In this document: positions 38,311 through 50,225 of the stretch, piece after piece
Numbering within the stretch: position 1 is the first letter of the stretch
Layout: every line of letters starts with the position of its first letter
Source: Candidatus Palauibacter polyketidifaciens
GTDB taxonomy: Bacteria > Gemmatimonadota > Gemmatimonadetes > Palauibacterales > Palauibacteraceae
NCBI RefSeq assembly: GCF_947581785.1
Contig: NZ_CANPVO010000038.1
Location: forward strand, 117,049 to 181,048
DNA: 64,000 nt
Reading direction: 5' to 3'
Made by a program: the position numbers and the translations under genes
The notes under the pieces: generated by a model
The model's input: the letters and a program-made list of their open reading frames with translations, nothing else
Databases searched by the model: none
Told to the model about the DNA's origin: nothing

Positions 38311-40392
38311 CTAGAAGAGCCGGAACTGGAGCCGCAGCAGGCGGCCGGGCTGCGGCAGTCCGCACTGATCGAAGACCGTCGCGTCCGCGAGGTTGTCCAG
38401 CGACAGAGAGGTCTGAAGCGTCCGGAAGGGCCCGCCGACCGCAAACTCCCGACTCACGACGAGGTCGACGCGGGCCGTCGGATCGAGGGCGACATCGGCG
38501 TCGAGATCCGGATCGACGCAGTACTGGCGTCCGATCGCCTCCACCGCGGCCCGCGCCCGGAGACCCGCGGGGAGTGGGCCCTCCATGTGCGCTCCCACGG
38601 CGATCCCGGGCTGGTACTCCGCACGCAGCGTGCGGCCCTCGAGCCGCCGGTCCGTGACCTCCACATGCTGCCACGTCAGGTCGCCGCCGACGGAGACCCC
38701 GCCCCACCGCGCGTCGCCGAGAAGCTCGATCCCCGCCGCGTCCACGCGCCGCCGGTTCTCTCGCCGGAACCTCCCATCTCCGAGCCCCGTACGCACGATC
38801 GCGTTCGAAAAACTCTGGACGAAAAGCACGGCCTGAGCCTCGACCTCCGCCCCGAACGCCTCCACCGTCCCGGTGACGCCCCCCTCTGCCGCGCGGAGGA
38901 CCTCCGGCGCGAGTTCGTGGTTGGGTTCGAAGCGACCGAGCGCGCCCGAATACAGTTCCCGCAGCGACGGGAAGCGGACGCGGCGGCTCGCCCCCATGTG
39001 GAAGCGAACGCGCCGTCCGATCTGCGCGGATCCTCCGACGCGCGCGCCCCAGTCGTCGATCGTCTCGCGCGCTTCGCGCCCGCCGGTCTCCGGCGTGCTG
39101 CCGCGGTCCCAGCTCGCCCCCAGGCTGACGCGGGCGCCGGACCAGAACCCCGCGCCCGCACTCGCGAGCGGCAACTCGACCTCGCCGCCGAGACTGAACA
39201 GGCGCTGGCGAAAGGTGGACTCCCCGCCGGGCGCGATGCGCTCCACGTGGCGGGTCTCGGCCACCGTAAGCGCCGTCCGCAGGACCCCGTCGCCGAGTTC
39301 ATGGTCGGACAGGCCGCGGAAGGTGAGAGTGCGGTCGTCCGCGAACTCCTGCCCCGCGATATCCTCATAGGCCAGCGTCTCGAACTCGTCGATCTGCGCG
39401 TCGCCGGTGTCGATTCCGATGCTGACCTCGAAATCTCCCGTGCCGAAGGGCGTGCGACCCCACCCGGTACCCGCCGAGACCGTGCTCACGACCCGTTTCG
39501 TCTCGGGCATCCTCCAGCGGCGCGGATTCGTCGTGTGGAGTTCCGGCGGAACCCCCCTCGCCGCGCGATACCCGAAGGCGGAGGTGGAGACCCACGCACC
39601 CCCTTCGGATTCGGCCCGGCCCGTGAAGAAGGCGCTCGCGTGATCGAGATCGCTGTTCAGACGCCGGTTCGGGTCGGTCGCGGCCGGCTGCACGACGCCG
39701 CCGGGAAGGGGCACGCCGTCGCGCGTCCGATAGGCGCCGCCCGCCTGCACGGAGACGCCGCCCTCCCCCGAGCTCCACGTGCGTCCGAGGCGCACGCCAC
39801 CGAACGCCGCGCCGGTGGCGTCCATGCCGCCCTGCATCCCGTTGAGCCGCCGGTCCGGGTCCACGCTCCCGTGTCCGATCTCGATCGAGACCACGCCGCC
39901 GAGCACGTTGGGACCGTGGAGAACCGAGGAGATGCCCCGGAAGAGCTGGATCTCGCGCGCCGCGTCGACCGGAATGAGCGAAAGGTCCGTGCGCGCGTCC
40001 CAGCCGAGGGTCAGCGGCACGCCGTCGACGAGCACGGCGAGTTGACGCGCCTCGGTCCCCCGCAGCGTCGGCTGGGCCTCGCCGCGCGAGTTCTCGCGCA
40101 CCTGCAGGAACGGAATCTCCCGCAACGCCTCCTCGAGCAGGGGGACCGCGGCCACGCGCGGGGACTGAAGGCTGAGGCGCACGGCGCTCGCGCCCGAGAC
40201 GCTGGCGACGGGTCGCAGCGCCTCGATTCGGAGTTCGCGGAGCCGGAAGGAGACCGTATCCCGGGACACGGTATCCGGCACCTGCGCCGCCACGCTCTCC
40301 ACCCCCGCGAGACTCGCGAGTGCGGCGAGAAGCGGCCACGCGCCACGCCGGGCGATGCGTCGTTCGACCTTCCGGTCCATCCTTCGAGTCAT
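38311..40392 (-). CDS. TonB-dependent outer-membrane receptor
   Basis: Signal peptide, plug-domain motifs (REIPFLQVRENSRGEAQPTLRGTEARQLAVLVDGVPL) and a C-terminal LQFRLF. Confidence 0.8.
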   Translation of the reverse strand: MTRRMDRKVERRIARRGAWPLLAALASLAGVESVAAQVPDTVSRDTVSFRLRELRIEALRPVASVSGASAVRLSLQSPRVAAVPLLEEALREIPFLQVRENSRGEAQPTLRGTEARQLAVLVDGVPLTLGWDARTDLSLIPVDAAREIQLFRGISSVLHGPNVLGGVVSIEIGHGSVDPDRRLNGMQGGMDATGAAFGGVRLGRTWSSGEGGVSVQAGGAYRTRDGVPLPGGVVQPAATDPNRRLNSDLDHASAFFTGRAESEGGAWVSTSAFGYRAARGVPPELHTTNPRRWRMPETKRVVSTVSAGTGWGRTPFGTGDFEVSIGIDTGDAQIDEFETLAYEDIAGQEFADDRTLTFRGLSDHELGDGVLRTALTVAETRHVERIAPGGESTFRQRLFSLGGEVELPLASAGAGFWSGARVSLGASWDRGSTPETGGREARETIDDWGARVGGSAQIGRRVRFHMGASRRVRFPSLRELYSGALGRFEPNHELAPEVLRAAEGGVTGTVEAFGAEVEAQAVLFVQSFSNAIVRTGLGDGRFRRENRRRVDAAGIELLGDARWGGVSVGGDLTWQHVEVTDRRLEGRTLRAEYQPGIAVGAHMEGPLPAGLRARAAVEAIGRQYCVDPDLDADVALDPTARVDLVVSREFAVGGPFRTLQTSLSLDNLADATVFDQCGLPQPGRLLRLQFRLF

Positions 40393-42056
40393 GCGCTCCC
40401 GCTCGCCGGCTCCACCGTCTCTCCCGAATCACCGCGCGGCGCCCGGCCGCGCGGGTTGCGATCCTTCAGGAAAGACGCGCAGAGAGCAAGAAGCGCTGCC
40501 AGGGCGGCCAGCGTCCCCACGACGTCGCCGAAGCGCACGTACACGGTTAACCCGTCCGTCGTCGACACATCCGCCACGAAGGACGCCGGATCGAAGAGTT
40601 CGGTGCGGTGCGACACTCTCCCCAGCGGATCCACGACCTTGGAGATCCCCGTGTTCCCGGAGCGCGCCGCTCCCATCCGCGTCTCGATGGCACGCATGAC
40701 GAGGTGCGCCGGGTGCTGCCACAGCGCGCTCGAGCGGCTCCACCAGGCGTCGCGCCCGAACCACGAGTCGTTCGTGATGTTGACGAGGAAGTCCGCGCCG
40801 TTGCGCCGGTAGTGCCGCGCCAGCGGCGAGAAGATGGACTCGTAGCAGATCATCGTCCCGTACGCTGCGCTCCCATCCTCCGTGGCGATCTCGATCGGGG
40901 CCTGCCACTCGCCGATCCCGAAGTTGCCACCCGCATAGGGGATGGCCTGGAACCACTCGGGAGGCATGAACGGCACCCGCTCCACGAAGGGCACGAGAAA
41001 GCGCTTGTCATAGCGGTTGACGACGCCCTCTCCGGGGCGGAGATGGAAGGCGGAGTTGAACGGCTCGTACTCCCCATCCCCGAGATCGTCCGCCCCGCGC
41101 CCCCCGACCGCCACCTCGGCGTCGAGTGCCTCGGCCATCCCCTCCGCCCAGACGCGCGCCTGCTGCCACCCGGAATAGGGATAGGAGGGGAGCGAATCCA
41201 AGATGCCGGCCCCGAGCATCGTCTCCGGGAAGAGCACGAGGTCCATGCGTTCCCGGCCCGGCCATTCGGAGATCAGCGTCGCGGCCGACCGGAAGGCGCT
41301 GTCGGCCGACGCGGCGCGATCCGTGTTGCGCAGGTGCTGCGGGACGTTGGGCTGCACGACCCCCACCCGGGCCACCGGACGCACGTCCAGCGTCTGCCAG
41401 CGCACGACCGAATAGGCGATCGGGAGGGCGAGCACGAGCAGGAGTCCGGCCGCCGGCCGCCGCAGCGCACGCCGCCCCCCGGACCGGTACGCCAGGAACC
41501 CCGACGCGACGAGGGCGTTCGCGAGCGCGAGCCAGAAGGAGAGCCCCCGCGAGCCCACGAGGTCGGCCGCGCCCACGAGGATGGGATAGGCCGAGAGCGT
41601 GTCGCCGAACTGCATCCAGGGAAAGGAGACGTCCAGCAGATGGGCCCGCAGCACCTCCCCGGCGGTCCAGAAGACGGGGAAGACGACCTGGAGCGGCCAC
41701 CGGAAGCGCATCCGTACCAGGTGGATCCCTCCCGCCACCCACGACATGAAGGTTGCGAGGATGAGGATCGGGGCGAGGAAGGCGAAGAACGCCCACCACG
41801 TGTAGAAGATGAGCGCCACGAGGAGCCAGTACAGGACGAGCGTGTAGTAGACGAGCCCGAAGAGAAATCCCCCCTTGCGGGCCTGCTTGCGGCCCTCCGC
41901 CGTCGCCGGGAGTCCCTCGAGCCAGACGATGAAGGGGACGAGCGCGACGAAGGACGTCACGAGAAGGTGGAAGGGCGGGTGGGCGAGCCCCATCAACACC
42001 CCGCCGAGGAGGAGGGGACCGGCCCGCTCGGGGACGATCCGCGCGCGCCAGTTCAA
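40389..42056 (-). CDS. lnt: apolipoprotein N-acyltransferase
   Basis: Multi-TM N-terminus followed by a CN-hydrolase domain (LVLFPETM...MICYESIF). The start is approximate and abuts the hemL stop. Confidence 0.75.
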   Translation of the reverse strand: MNWRARIVPERAGPLLLGGVLMGLAHPPFHLLVTSFVALVPFIVWLEGLPATAEGRKQARKGGFLFGLVYYTLVLYWLLVALIFYTWWAFFAFLAPILILATFMSWVAGGIHLVRMRFRWPLQVVFPVFWTAGEVLRAHLLDVSFPWMQFGDTLSAYPILVGAADLVGSRGLSFWLALANALVASGFLAYRSGGRRALRRPAAGLLLVLALPIAYSVVRWQTLDVRPVARVGVVQPNVPQHLRNTDRAASADSAFRSAATLISEWPGRERMDLVLFPETMLGAGILDSLPSYPYSGWQQARVWAEGMAEALDAEVAVGGRGADDLGDGEYEPFNSAFHLRPGEGVVNRYDKRFLVPFVERVPFMPPEWFQAIPYAGGNFGIGEWQAPIEIATEDGSAAYGTMICYESIFSPLARHYRRNGADFLVNITNDSWFGRDAWWSRSSALWQHPAHLVMRAIETRMGAARSGNTGISKVVDPLGRVSHRTELFDPASFVADVSTTDGLTVYVRFGDVVGTLAALAALLALCASFLKDRNPRGRAPRGDSGETVEPASGSA

Positions 42057-43378
42057 CCCGTGCCCTCCGGCGCCGCGTCCAGTGCCACGTCCAGCGCCTC
42101 GCCCACGACCGTGAGCGTTGCCGCCACGTCCGCGTCGGTATGCGCAGTGGAGAGGAAACCCGCCTCGAAGGCGGAGGGGGCGAAGAAGACGCCCCGCTCG
42201 AAGCACGCCCGGTAGTAGCGGGCGAAGAAGTCCGTGTCCGCGCGCCGCGCGCCATCGAAGTCGAATATCGGACCCTCGGCGAAGAAGACGCCCCACATCG
42301 AGCCGAGCGCGGTCCCGCAGGCAGGGATGCCCCGGGCGCTCGCCGCCGCCAGGATGCCGTCCACGAGCGTCGCGGCGCGCCGCTCCAGACCGTCGAAAGG
42401 GTCCGTCCGCTCGAGTTCGTCGAGTTGGGCGATCCCCGCGGCCATGCCGAGCGGGTTCCCCGACAGCGTCCCGGCCTGGTACACGTCCCCTTCCGGAGCC
42501 ATCCGCCGCATCAGCTCGCGGGGACCCGCGTAGGCCGCGACCGGCAACCCCGCGCCGAGGACCTTTCCGAGCGTGACGAGGTCCGCGGCGACCCCGTAGC
42601 GCTCCTGTGCGCCACCCCGCGCGACCCGGAACCCGGTCATGACTTCATCGAAGATGAGGAGCGTTCCGGCGCGGTCGCAGCTCTCGCGGAGACCCTCCAG
42701 AAAACCCTCGCGCGGCGGGATGAGGCCCGCGTTGCCCGCGACCGGCTCGACGATGACGGCCGCGAGCCGCGAGCCGTGTTCCGCGAACATCGCCGCCACC
42801 GCCCCGAGGTCGTTGTAGGGCGCCGTCAGCGTCAGGCCGGAGGTCGCCGCCGGCACGCCCGGCGAATCGGGGAGCGACAGCGTGGCGACGCCCGATCCGG
42901 CCACGACGAGAAAAGCGTCCGCGTGGCCGTGATAGCAACCCTCGAACTTCAGGATCAGCTCACGGCCGGTCGCGGCGCGGGCGAGCCGCACGGCGGACAT
43001 CGTGGCCTCGGTCCCGCTGTTCACGAAGCGCACCATCTCCACGCCGGGTACCCGGGCGGCGACGCGTTCCGCGAGTTCGACCTCGCGTGCCTGGCAGGCC
43101 CCGAAGCTCATGCCGTCGCGGGCCGCGCGCGCCACGGCCTCCACGACCGGCGGCGCGGCGTGGCCGAGGATGAGCGGACCCCATGAGAGGACGTAGTCGA
43201 GATAGCCGCGCCCCGCCTCGTCGAAGATCCTCGCGCCCTCGCCGCGGACGGCGAACAGCGGCTCCATCCCGACGGCGCGGAACGCCCGCACGGGCGAACT
43301 CACGCCGCCCGGCATGACGCTGCGCGCCCGCCGAATCCAGTCGGAGGCGACGGCCGGCCGGCGAGGCCCGCGGCTCAC
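42053..43378 (-). CDS. hemL: glutamate-1-semialdehyde 2,1-aminomutase
   Basis: SVMPGGVSSPVRAFRAVG...FDEVMTGFR...AGTLSGNPL matches HemL. 441 aa. Confidence 0.9.
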   Translation of the reverse strand: MSRGPRRPAVASDWIRRARSVMPGGVSSPVRAFRAVGMEPLFAVRGEGARIFDEAGRGYLDYVLSWGPLILGHAAPPVVEAVARAARDGMSFGACQAREVELAERVAARVPGVEMVRFVNSGTEATMSAVRLARAATGRELILKFEGCYHGHADAFLVVAGSGVATLSLPDSPGVPAATSGLTLTAPYNDLGAVAAMFAEHGSRLAAVIVEPVAGNAGLIPPREGFLEGLRESCDRAGTLLIFDEVMTGFRVARGGAQERYGVAADLVTLGKVLGAGLPVAAYAGPRELMRRMAPEGDVYQAGTLSGNPLGMAAGIAQLDELERTDPFDGLERRAATLVDGILAAASARGIPACGTALGSMWGVFFAEGPIFDFDGARRADTDFFARYYRACFERGVFFAPSAFEAGFLSTAHTDADVAATLTVVGEALDVALDAAPEGTG

Positions 43379-44826
43379 CGGCCCCAGGCGCTGTCGAGTC
43401 CCAGGACGGGAAGCCCCCGCCCCGGCTGCGCGGCCGCAGACGGCGCGGCCCTTCCCCGCTCGGACGCCCGGCGCACGACTTCACGGACGCGCCCCGCGAG
43501 GTCGAAGTCGGCGGCCCGCTGGATCTCGACCCGCACCAGCGAACCGGGGGCGAGGCCGTTTCCGCCCACGAGCACGGTCACGCCGTCCACGTCGTCCGCC
43601 TGGCTCTCGATGCGGCCGAGATGCGCCGCGCCCGGAGGGTCGTCATAGAGGAGTTCGAGCGTCGGCTCGTCCGGGGCCGCGGGCGCGTCCACGACGGCGA
43701 CGCGTTCGCGGCCGACCTCCGCCGCAAGCCGCTCGCGGCTCACGGCGCGCTGGACCTCGAGCACCTCCTCGAGACGGTCCCGTGCCACCTCCGCCGGAAC
43801 GAAGCTCTCCTCCATGTCGGCCGCGCGCGTCCCTTCCTGCGGCGAGAACGCGAAGGCACCGAGCCGGTCGAACGGCACCTCATCGAGAAAATCCACGAGT
43901 TCGCGGAACTCCGCGTCCGTCTCGCCCGGGAACCCGACGAGCACCGTCGTCCTCAGCGTGAGTTCGGGGATCGCCTCCCGCAGCCGGGCGACCTTCGATC
44001 GCAGCGTCGCGGCCCGCTCCGGCCGGCGCATGCGATGGAGCACGGTGTCGCTCGCGTGCTGGATCGGCATGTCGATGTACGAGAGGAGCCGCGTCTCGGA
44101 CGCCATCAATTCGACGAGCGGTTCGCGCAGGCCCGCGGAGTAGATGTACAGGAGACGGAACCAGGGGATCGATGTCTCGCGCAGCAGCGCCTCCACGAGC
44201 GTCGCGATGTCCGTCCCGTCCCGTTGCTCCCGCCCCCAGTGCGCAAGGTCCTGGGCCACCAGGTTCACCTCCACGGCCCCCTGCGCCTCGAGGCGCTGCG
44301 CCTCGGTGACGATACGCTCCAGTTCGAAGGAGCGGTGCTTCCCCCGCCAGAGGGGGATCGCGCAGAAGGCGCACGCGTGGCTGCACCCTTCGCTCACCTT
44401 CAGGTAGCGGACATGGCGCGCCGCGACAGGGATCCGTTCCCCCGGGTGCGCGCCCCCGGCCGGCGCCGGTCCTTGAAGGAGTCCGCGCTCGCGCAACTCC
44501 GGCACGAGGCGGTCGAGGTCTCGCAGCCCAAGCAGGAGGTCGACCTCAGGCAGCGACGCCTCCATTTCCTCCCGATACCGCTCCACCATGCACCCGACCG
44601 CCACGACGCTGCGGCACGCCCCTTCGCGCTTCAGCCGCTCCGCCTCGAGGATCGTCTCGATCGACTCTTCCTTCGCGGCGTCGATGAACCCGCACGTGTT
44701 GACGAGGATGACCTCCGCTTCCTCCACACCGGTGCGCTCGGCTCCGTGGCCGACGAGTTCGGCAAGCATGCGCTCGGAGTCGACGGTGTTCTTGTCGCAG
44801 CCGAGGCTGATGAGCCCTAGTCGCAT
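43375..44826 (-). CDS. rimO: ribosomal protein S12 methylthiotransferase (radical-SAM MTTase)
   Basis: MTTase N-domain (MRLGLISLGCDKNTVDSE...LVNTCGF), radical-SAM CSHACAFC motif and TRAM domain. Confidence 0.8.
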   Translation of the reverse strand: MRLGLISLGCDKNTVDSERMLAELVGHGAERTGVEEAEVILVNTCGFIDAAKEESIETILEAERLKREGACRSVVAVGCMVERYREEMEASLPEVDLLLGLRDLDRLVPELRERGLLQGPAPAGGAHPGERIPVAARHVRYLKVSEGCSHACAFCAIPLWRGKHRSFELERIVTEAQRLEAQGAVEVNLVAQDLAHWGREQRDGTDIATLVEALLRETSIPWFRLLYIYSAGLREPLVELMASETRLLSYIDMPIQHASDTVLHRMRRPERAATLRSKVARLREAIPELTLRTTVLVGFPGETDAEFRELVDFLDEVPFDRLGAFAFSPQEGTRAADMEESFVPAEVARDRLEEVLEVQRAVSRERLAAEVGRERVAVVDAPAAPDEPTLELLYDDPPGAAHLGRIESQADDVDGVTVLVGGNGLAPGSLVRVEIQRAADFDLAGRVREVVRRASERGRAAPSAAAQPGRGLPVLGLDSAWGR

Positions 44827-45815
44827 CGCACGTCGTCGGGAAAGACGGGCACCCCCTCCGGGGGCGCGTACTCGAAGACGCCGGGGTCGATCCGGGCCTG
44901 CGGTTCGAGGGGGCTCAGCGTCACCGTGCGGAGGGTCTGGTTCTCCTCGCGAATGCGAAAGCGGCGCACGTAGCGATCGGACACACCGATCCACAGGCGG
45001 ACCTCCACGTATCTCGCCGGGAGTTCCCGCGGCGTGAGCGACACGATTCGCGTCTCCACTCCATCGATCTCCCCGGTACCTTCATCGACCGCGTCGTAGG
45101 TCGTCCGCGCCTGCGAGAGCAGACGTCCGAGGATGTCGACGGTGCCGATTTCCACGCCCTCCTCCAGGGATGAGACCATGACCTGATCGTGGAGCGAGGG
45201 TTCGTAGAGCCAGAGACAGGATCCGTCCGCCACGTAGATGTCGCCGGCCGGTTCGTCGAAGTCCATCCGGAACCGGTTCCGTCCCGCCTGGTACCAGGTT
45301 CCGCGGCCCTCGCGGGTGCGGCCGAGAAGCGGGTTCTCGATACGCTGGGCGAAGGCCGCCTTGAGCCGGTCGAGCGAAGCGTAGGCCGAATTCGCAAGGG
45401 CGAGGAGCGAGTCGACGCCCACCTGGCCAGCCTCGTCGTCCACCGGTCCGGGGTCGTCGTCCGCCGGCGCGGGCCCGTCAGCCACATCCACCGGCCCCGT
45501 GCCCTCCGGGTCGGGAAGCTCCGGGTCGGGAAGCTCCGGGGCCGGAACGGGTGCGTCTTCACTCGGCGCCGCGCCGTCGGCCTCTTCCGGCTCCTCGACC
45601 CGGGGCTCGCTCTGCCCGGTCGCGGCATCCCCCGTGGCCGCAGGTCGCGCCGGCGCGTCGCGCGGGCCGAACTCCGCCTCGATCCGTGCACGTGCCTCCG
45701 CGACCTCCGCGGAATCCGCATCGGAGCACGCCAGCGTGAACGCACTCGCGAGGAATCCGGCCGCGAGGAAGCCGGCGCCCCGCGAACCGGACGGCGGCGA
45801 ACGGAAGGGTCTCAT
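44817..45815 (-). CDS. LolA-like outer-membrane lipoprotein carrier domain protein with an acidic Pro-rich N-terminal linker (lipoprotein)
   Basis: Lipobox FTLACSD. A D/E/P-rich low-complexity region. The C-terminal LolA-like block is RTREGRGTWYQAGRNRFRMDFDEPAGDIYVADGSCLWLYEP. Its position next to ftsK matches the conserved ftsK-lolA pairing. Confidence 0.6.
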   Translation of the reverse strand: MRPFRSPPSGSRGAGFLAAGFLASAFTLACSDADSAEVAEARARIEAEFGPRDAPARPAATGDAATGQSEPRVEEPEEADGAAPSEDAPVPAPELPDPELPDPEGTGPVDVADGPAPADDDPGPVDDEAGQVGVDSLLALANSAYASLDRLKAAFAQRIENPLLGRTREGRGTWYQAGRNRFRMDFDEPAGDIYVADGSCLWLYEPSLHDQVMVSSLEEGVEIGTVDILGRLLSQARTTYDAVDEGTGEIDGVETRIVSLTPRELPARYVEVRLWIGVSDRYVRRFRIREENQTLRTVTLSPLEPQARIDPGVFEYAPPEGVPVFPDDVRCD

Positions 45816-48103
45816 GGTTCGTCGACGTTCCCGGCGTCCAGATCGCCCAGCGTCGCGAGCACCTCCCGCGGCTTCGATCCCTCCGCGGGTCCCACGATCC
45901 CCGCCGCGTGCAGCTGGTCGATGATGCGCGCCGCCCGTCCGTACCCGATCTTGAGCCGGCGCTGAAGCAGGCTTGTCGAACCCGCCGCGTGCGAGATCAC
46001 GATCTCGGCGGCCTGCCGGAACAACGGGTCCCGGTCCTCCGCACCCTCGTCCGAGACCCCCGATCCACCCTCTTCCTCCTCCAGTTCCTTCAGCAGGTCG
46101 AGGATGTCGCGCTCCGAAGCGGCCTCCTCCTCGGCTCTCTCGGCCTCCGCACGCGCCTTCGCCTGCTCCCGGTACCAGTCGAGGAGGCGTTCCGTCTCCT
46201 TGGAGGAGATGTAGGCGCCCTGGATGCGGACAGGATCGGATTCGCCCGGCGGCAGGAAGAGCATGTCCCCGTTCCCGAGCAGGCTCTCCGCTCCGTTCTG
46301 GTCGAGGATCGTGCGGCTGTCGATCTTCGACGCGACGCGGAACGCGATTCGGCTCGGGATGTTCGCCTTGATGAGGCCGGTGAGGACGTTGACCGAGGGG
46401 CGCTGCGTCGCGAGCACGAGGTGGATCCCGACCGCCCGGGCCTTCTGGGCCAGCATCGCGAGCGGCGTCTCGACCTCGGACTGCACCGTCATCATCAAGT
46501 CCGCCAGTTCGTCGATGATGAGGACGATGTAGGGGAGCGGCCCCTCGTCGTAGAGCGCCGGGTCATCCATGACGCCGCGCTTCGGGAGGAACACCTCGCG
46601 CCCGCCCGCGATCCGGCCGTTGAACTCCGCGACATTCCGGCATCCGTTCGCCGAGAGCAGTCCGAAACGGCGCTTCATCTCGTAGACGGACCACTTCAGG
46701 ACGGACGCCGCCTCTTCGTTGTCCGTGATGACGGGGTGGCGGAGGTGCGGGAGGTCTCCGTAGACGGACAGCTCCACCATCTTCGGATCCACCATCAGGA
46801 GCCGGAGTTCGGCGGGCGTGTACCGGCACACGAGACTCGTGATGAGGGCGTTGATGCACACCGACTTCCCCGACCCGGTCTGGCCCGCGATGAGAAGGTG
46901 CGGCATCCGTGTCAGATCCGCGCACGTCGGCTTGCCGGAGAGGTCGCGGCCGAGCGCGAGCGGGAGAGCATGGCGTCCCCTGCGATAGGACGGGCTCTCG
47001 AGGATCTCGCGCACGAGCACGATCTCCGACGCGGGGTTCGGCACCTCGACGCCGACGGCGCCCTTGCCGGGGATCGGCGCCACGATCCGGACGGACGGCG
47101 CCTTGAGGGCGAGCGCGATGTCATCAGCGCGAGCGGAGATCTGTCCCACCTTCACGCCCGGCGCCGGGACGACCTCGAACTGCGTCACGACGGGGCCCGT
47201 AGTCCAGCCGCCGATCTCACCGGCCACGCGGAAGGTCGCGAGCTTCTCGATGAGGATCTCGCCGAGGCGGTCGAGATCGCGCACGCCGAGGCCGCTGCCC
47301 CGCCCCGTCGGCTCATCGAACAGCTGTATCGGCGGGACCTCCGAGGAGCCCGGATCGCCGGCTTCCTTCAGTTCCGGGACGGGAGGCGTCTCATCCTCCG
47401 GTGCCGGATCCGGCTCGGGCGGCGCGCTCGCCGGTTTCGCAGGCTTCCGTTTCTTCGCGGCGCGGCCGCGTCCGGTCGCCGCCTTCACCTTCGCTTCGTT
47501 CGGCGGATCGGGCTTTGCGGGCGGCCGGGGAGAACGAGAAGGCCGCGCGCGGCCGGCGAAGGAGCGGCCGAGCCCGAGGACCGCGCCGCCGGCGGCCGCG
47601 ACGCCGCGGCGGAGCGAGCGCCCTCCCGCCGTCACGGCGCTCGTCAGCGACCACCGCATGGTGACGAAGAGCGTGAGCACGAGGACGCCCGCGGCGAGGA
47701 GCACCCCGCCGACGCGGCCGAACACCTGCGCGAGGCCGTCCCCGGCGGTCGCGCCCAGCCAGCCGATATCGCCCGCGCTCCCGGGTCCCGGCCCCGCGAT
47801 GAGCCGGTAGAGCGACGGGAGGACCGCAAGCAGAACGACCGAGAGGACGGACCAGCGGAGGGCCCGGGTCGGATCGCCCCATCCGAGGAAATGCAGGCCC
47901 CACATGAACGCCGGGACCGCGACGAGCGGCGAAAGGACTCCGACGGCCCTCTCGAGGTTGTCGTGAAGCAGTTCCCCGGCCGGCCCGATCCAGTTGGCCC
48001 TCCCGGCGACCAGGGGAGACAGCAGCGCGAAGGCCACCAGGAGGCCGAGCAAGATCAGCGCGACGCCGAGCACCTCGCGCCGTTGCCGTTCATCCACCAT
48101 CAC
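45812..48103 (-). CDS. ftsK: DNA translocase FtsK/SpoIIIE
   Basis: N-terminal TM segments, a Pro-rich linker, Walker A GQTGSGKSVCINALI, LIIDELADLMM, and the gamma winged-helix tail. Confidence 0.9.
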   Translation of the reverse strand: MMVDERQRREVLGVALILLGLLVAFALLSPLVAGRANWIGPAGELLHDNLERAVGVLSPLVAVPAFMWGLHFLGWGDPTRALRWSVLSVVLLAVLPSLYRLIAGPGPGSAGDIGWLGATAGDGLAQVFGRVGGVLLAAGVLVLTLFVTMRWSLTSAVTAGGRSLRRGVAAAGGAVLGLGRSFAGRARPSRSPRPPAKPDPPNEAKVKAATGRGRAAKKRKPAKPASAPPEPDPAPEDETPPVPELKEAGDPGSSEVPPIQLFDEPTGRGSGLGVRDLDRLGEILIEKLATFRVAGEIGGWTTGPVVTQFEVVPAPGVKVGQISARADDIALALKAPSVRIVAPIPGKGAVGVEVPNPASEIVLVREILESPSYRRGRHALPLALGRDLSGKPTCADLTRMPHLLIAGQTGSGKSVCINALITSLVCRYTPAELRLLMVDPKMVELSVYGDLPHLRHPVITDNEEAASVLKWSVYEMKRRFGLLSANGCRNVAEFNGRIAGGREVFLPKRGVMDDPALYDEGPLPYIVLIIDELADLMMTVQSEVETPLAMLAQKARAVGIHLVLATQRPSVNVLTGLIKANIPSRIAFRVASKIDSRTILDQNGAESLLGNGDMLFLPPGESDPVRIQGAYISSKETERLLDWYREQAKARAEAERAEEEAASERDILDLLKELEEEEGGSGVSDEGAEDRDPLFRQAAEIVISHAAGSTSLLQRRLKIGYGRAARIIDQLHAAGIVGPAEGSKPREVLATLGDLDAGNVDEP

Positions 48104-48852
48104 GCATCCTCCCCGCCCCGACTGCCAACGAGGGCACCGTCCCGCCAGATCGGCACGACCTCGAGATCATCCAGCCCCGCGCAAACCGCAAGATCCGCGC
48201 TCCGGCCAATCGCGTGCAGCAGCCGGCCGGCCGCGGTACCGGCGAGACCGGTCGCTGTCGGCGGTCCCAGGCGGGCGGAGAGGGCCTGCGCGGCCCGTGC
48301 GCCATCGGTCAGTTCGGCCTCCGTCACTGTCCGGACCAGCCGCTCTACAAGATGGCCCGCGCACCACGCGTCGTCCATGCTCACGCGCCCTCGCCGCCCG
48401 GCGCACACGATCGCGACGTCGCGCCCGGCCGCGTTCGCGTCCGCCGCAACCCGGCGCGACACGGCGCCGGCGTTCCGGAAGCAGCCCAACCGGAGCGAGC
48501 CGACGCCGGCGGCGCGCGCCGCTTCGATCGCCGCCGTCCCGTTCGTCGTCGTGAACACCAGCGTACGGCCGGCCACCGATCCGCGTTCGAACTCGCCGGG
48601 CGCGTTCCCGAGATCGAAGCCGCGCGGCGGGAGGCCACGGCGTTCCCCGCACAGGAGCGCCCCTCCATCCCGGGCCGCTTCCGCGCGAGCCTCCTCGACG
48701 GTCCGCACGGGAATCACGCGCGCCGCTCCGGCCGCAAAGGCGGTTGCGATGCTCGTCGTCGCCCGGATCACATCGACGACGATCGTCACTCGTCCGCGCG
48801 GGGGGCCGATCTCGAGTTCTTCGGGAAGCCACAGCACATCGATCGCGCTCAC
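48100..48852 (-). CDS. 2-phosphosulfolactate phosphatase (ComB) family protein
   Basis: VIRATTSIATAFAAGAARVIPV...LCGERRG...VFTTTNGTAAIEA matches the ComB family. Confidence 0.75.
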   Translation of the reverse strand: MSAIDVLWLPEELEIGPPRGRVTIVVDVIRATTSIATAFAAGAARVIPVRTVEEARAEAARDGGALLCGERRGLPPRGFDLGNAPGEFERGSVAGRTLVFTTTNGTAAIEAARAAGVGSLRLGCFRNAGAVSRRVAADANAAGRDVAIVCAGRRGRVSMDDAWCAGHLVERLVRTVTEAELTDGARAAQALSARLGPPTATGLAGTAAGRLLHAIGRSADLAVCAGLDDLEVVPIWRDGALVGSRGGEDA

Positions 48853-48865
48853 GGGCGATCGCCGC

Positions 48866-50209
<1,344 letters not shown>

Positions 50210-50225
50210 GGGCCCGGCCGCGGCT

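Noticed and set aside
38587-40812. 741-aa plus-strand ORF over the TonB-dependent receptor and lnt region
   Set aside because: Low-complexity antisense translation. The minus-strand receptor has plug and barrel motifs and a terminal aromatic residue.
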